From: a virus
Taxonomy: Duplodnaviria > Caudoviricetes
Strand: one strand, 5' to 3'
Virus record (IMG/VR): IMGVR_UViG_3300014658_000106
Coordinates: 1-36,739 of that record
DNA: 36,739 nt
The notes beneath the pieces are model-generated. The model searched no databases. It worked only from the letters and a program-made list of their open reading frames with translations, and had not been told where the DNA came from. Of the stretch, positions 35,438 through 36,739 are shown piece by piece. Numbering within the stretch: position 1 is the stretch's first letter; each line of letters begins with the position of its first letter. A program made the translations under genes and the position numbers.

Positions 35438-36739
35438 ATGGCCAATAAAAAACGGTACGAATTAACGGAAGAACATCGTTCGCAATTTGAACCGTGGGCA
35501 AGGCGCTGGATCGCCAATGCAATGAACACGAAGCCGCTCACGGCTGACGAGAAGCAGCGAGTTCACGCGGCAATCAAGGGGCTATACGAGGCGGCTGGCC
35601 TGAAGCCACCGCCGGACGAGCGGATCATTTTCGTCCCGTCGCCAGCCGTGGCCAGGTTCGCAGGCGGATTCGCTGCCTGGGTTTGGTACACGAGGAAGCA
35701 TGGAGTGGACGCCGCTACGTACGCCGCTACGGCCGCCGCTACGGTCGACGCTACGGTCGCCGCTACGGCCGACGCTACGGACGCCGCTACGGCCGCCGCT
35801 ACGGCCGACGCTACGTACGACGCTACGGTCGCCGCTACGGCCGACGCTACGTACGACGCTACGTACGCCGCTACGAACGCCGCTACGCGCGCCGCTACGG
35901 ACGCCGCTACGAACGCCGCTACGCGCGCCGCTACGAACGACGCTACGCGCGCCGCTACGGTCGCCGCTACGGACGCCGCTACGAACGACGCTACGCGCGC
36001 CGCTACGGTCGCCGCTACGTACGCCGCTACGTACGACGCTACGGTCGCCGCTACGGTCGCCGCTACGCGCGCCGCTACGTACGCCGCTACGAACGCCGCT
36101 ACGCGCGCCGCTACGGCCGCCGCTACGGCCGACGCTACGTACGCCGCTACGGTCGACGCTACGGTCGCCGCTACGCGCGCCGCTACGGACGCCGCTACGT
36201 ACGCCGCTACGTACGCCGCTACGGTCGCCGCTACGGCCGCCGCTACGAACGCCGCTACGGTCGACGCTACGGTCGCCGCTACGGCCGCCGCTACGGTCGA
36301 CGCTACGGTCGCCGCTACGTACGCCGCTACGCGCGCCGCTACGGACGACGCTACGCGCGCCGCTACGGCCGACGCTACGGCCGACGCTACGTACGCCGCT
36401 ACGGACGCCGCTACGCGCGACGCTACATACGCCGCTACGTACGCCGCTACGAACGCCGCTACGCGCGCCGCTACGGCCGACGCTACGCACGACGCTACGG
36501 CCGCCGCTACGCGTGCCGCTACGGACGCCGCTACGGCCGCCGCTACGGCCGCCGCTACGGCCGACGCTACGTACGCCGCTACGAACGCCGCTACGGACGA
36601 CGCTACGGTCGCCGCTACGTACGCCGCTACGTACGCCGCTACGTACGACGCTACGCGCGCCGCTACGGCCGCCGCTACGGACGACGCTACGCACGCCGCT
36701 ACGAACGACGCTACGCGCGCCGCTACGGTCGCCGCTACG
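35438..36739 (+). CDS. N-terminal part of the DUF6745-like repeat protein (open at the window end; absent from the ORF track)
   Basis: ATG 35438 reads MANKKRYELTEEHRSQFEPWARRWIANAMNTKP...IKGLYEAAGLKPP..RIIFVPSP...KHGV and then X-[A/D]-A-T repeats with no stop. Confidence 0.88.
   Translation, partial: MANKKRYELTEEHRSQFEPWARRWIANAMNTKPLTADEKQRVHAAIKGLYEAAGLKPPPDERIIFVPSPAVARFAGGFAAWVWYTRKHGVDAATYAATAAATVDATVAATADATDAATAAATADATYDATVAATADATYDATYAATNAATRAATDAATNAATRAATNDATRAATVAATDAATNDATRAATVAATYAATYDATVAATVAATRAATYAATNAATRAATAAATADATYAATVDATVAATRAATDAATYAATYAATVAATAAATNAATVDATVAATAAATVDATVAATYAATRAATDDATRAATADATADATYAATDAATRDATYAATYAATNAATRAATADATHDATAAATRAATDAATAAATAAATADATYAATNAATDDATVAATYAATYAATYDATRAATAAATDDATHAATNDATRAATVAAT
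35708..36739 (+). repeat. In-frame 12-bp tandem repeat array, ~86 units of NNC-G(C/A)C-GCT-ACG
   Basis: 1032 bp = 86 x 12. First-codon alleles seen: TAC, GCC, GTC, GAC, CGC, AAC, CAC and a rare CGT. Confidence 0.97.

Noticed and set aside
35582-36694. 370-aa minus-strand ORF (RSGVRS repeats)
   Set aside because: It is the antisense shadow of the 12-bp repeat. The plus-strand frame has a proper start, operon context and a recognisable domain.
35708-36739. CRISPR array or telomere-like repeat
   Set aside because: Units are 12 bp with no unique spacers, no cas genes are present, and the array is in frame within a CDS.

Overview
The window looks like a nearly complete, circularly permuted genome (~36.7 kb) of a tailed dsDNA phage with podovirus-like organisation. 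The assembly appears broken inside a long 12-bp tandem repeat that occupies both ends. A short rightward block (33.5 kb to the end, continuing at 1-889) starts at a consensus sigma70 promoter. It encodes a RecT-like annealing protein, a small His-motif protein and a DUF6745-like protein carrying at least ~95 in-frame X-[A/D]-A-T repeats. The long leftward block encodes an SF2 helicase, a VRR-NUC nuclease and a VirE-like ATPase followed by a (TA)14 tract. It continues with small and large terminase, portal, scaffold, major capsid, adaptor, nozzle-like and fibre-like proteins and three probable ejection proteins. It ends with signal-peptide-bearing, DAG/DGG-rich proteins (including a 13-repeat Stig1-like Cys-rich protein) and a lysis region whose only recognisable wall hydrolase is a Tlde1/DUF2778-type enzyme. 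I see no integrase, repressor, DNA polymerase, primase, tRNA or CRISPR array. The DAG motifs and Stig1-like repeats suggest a Myxococcota-like host (inference). All family calls come from motif recognition and gene order, not database searches.
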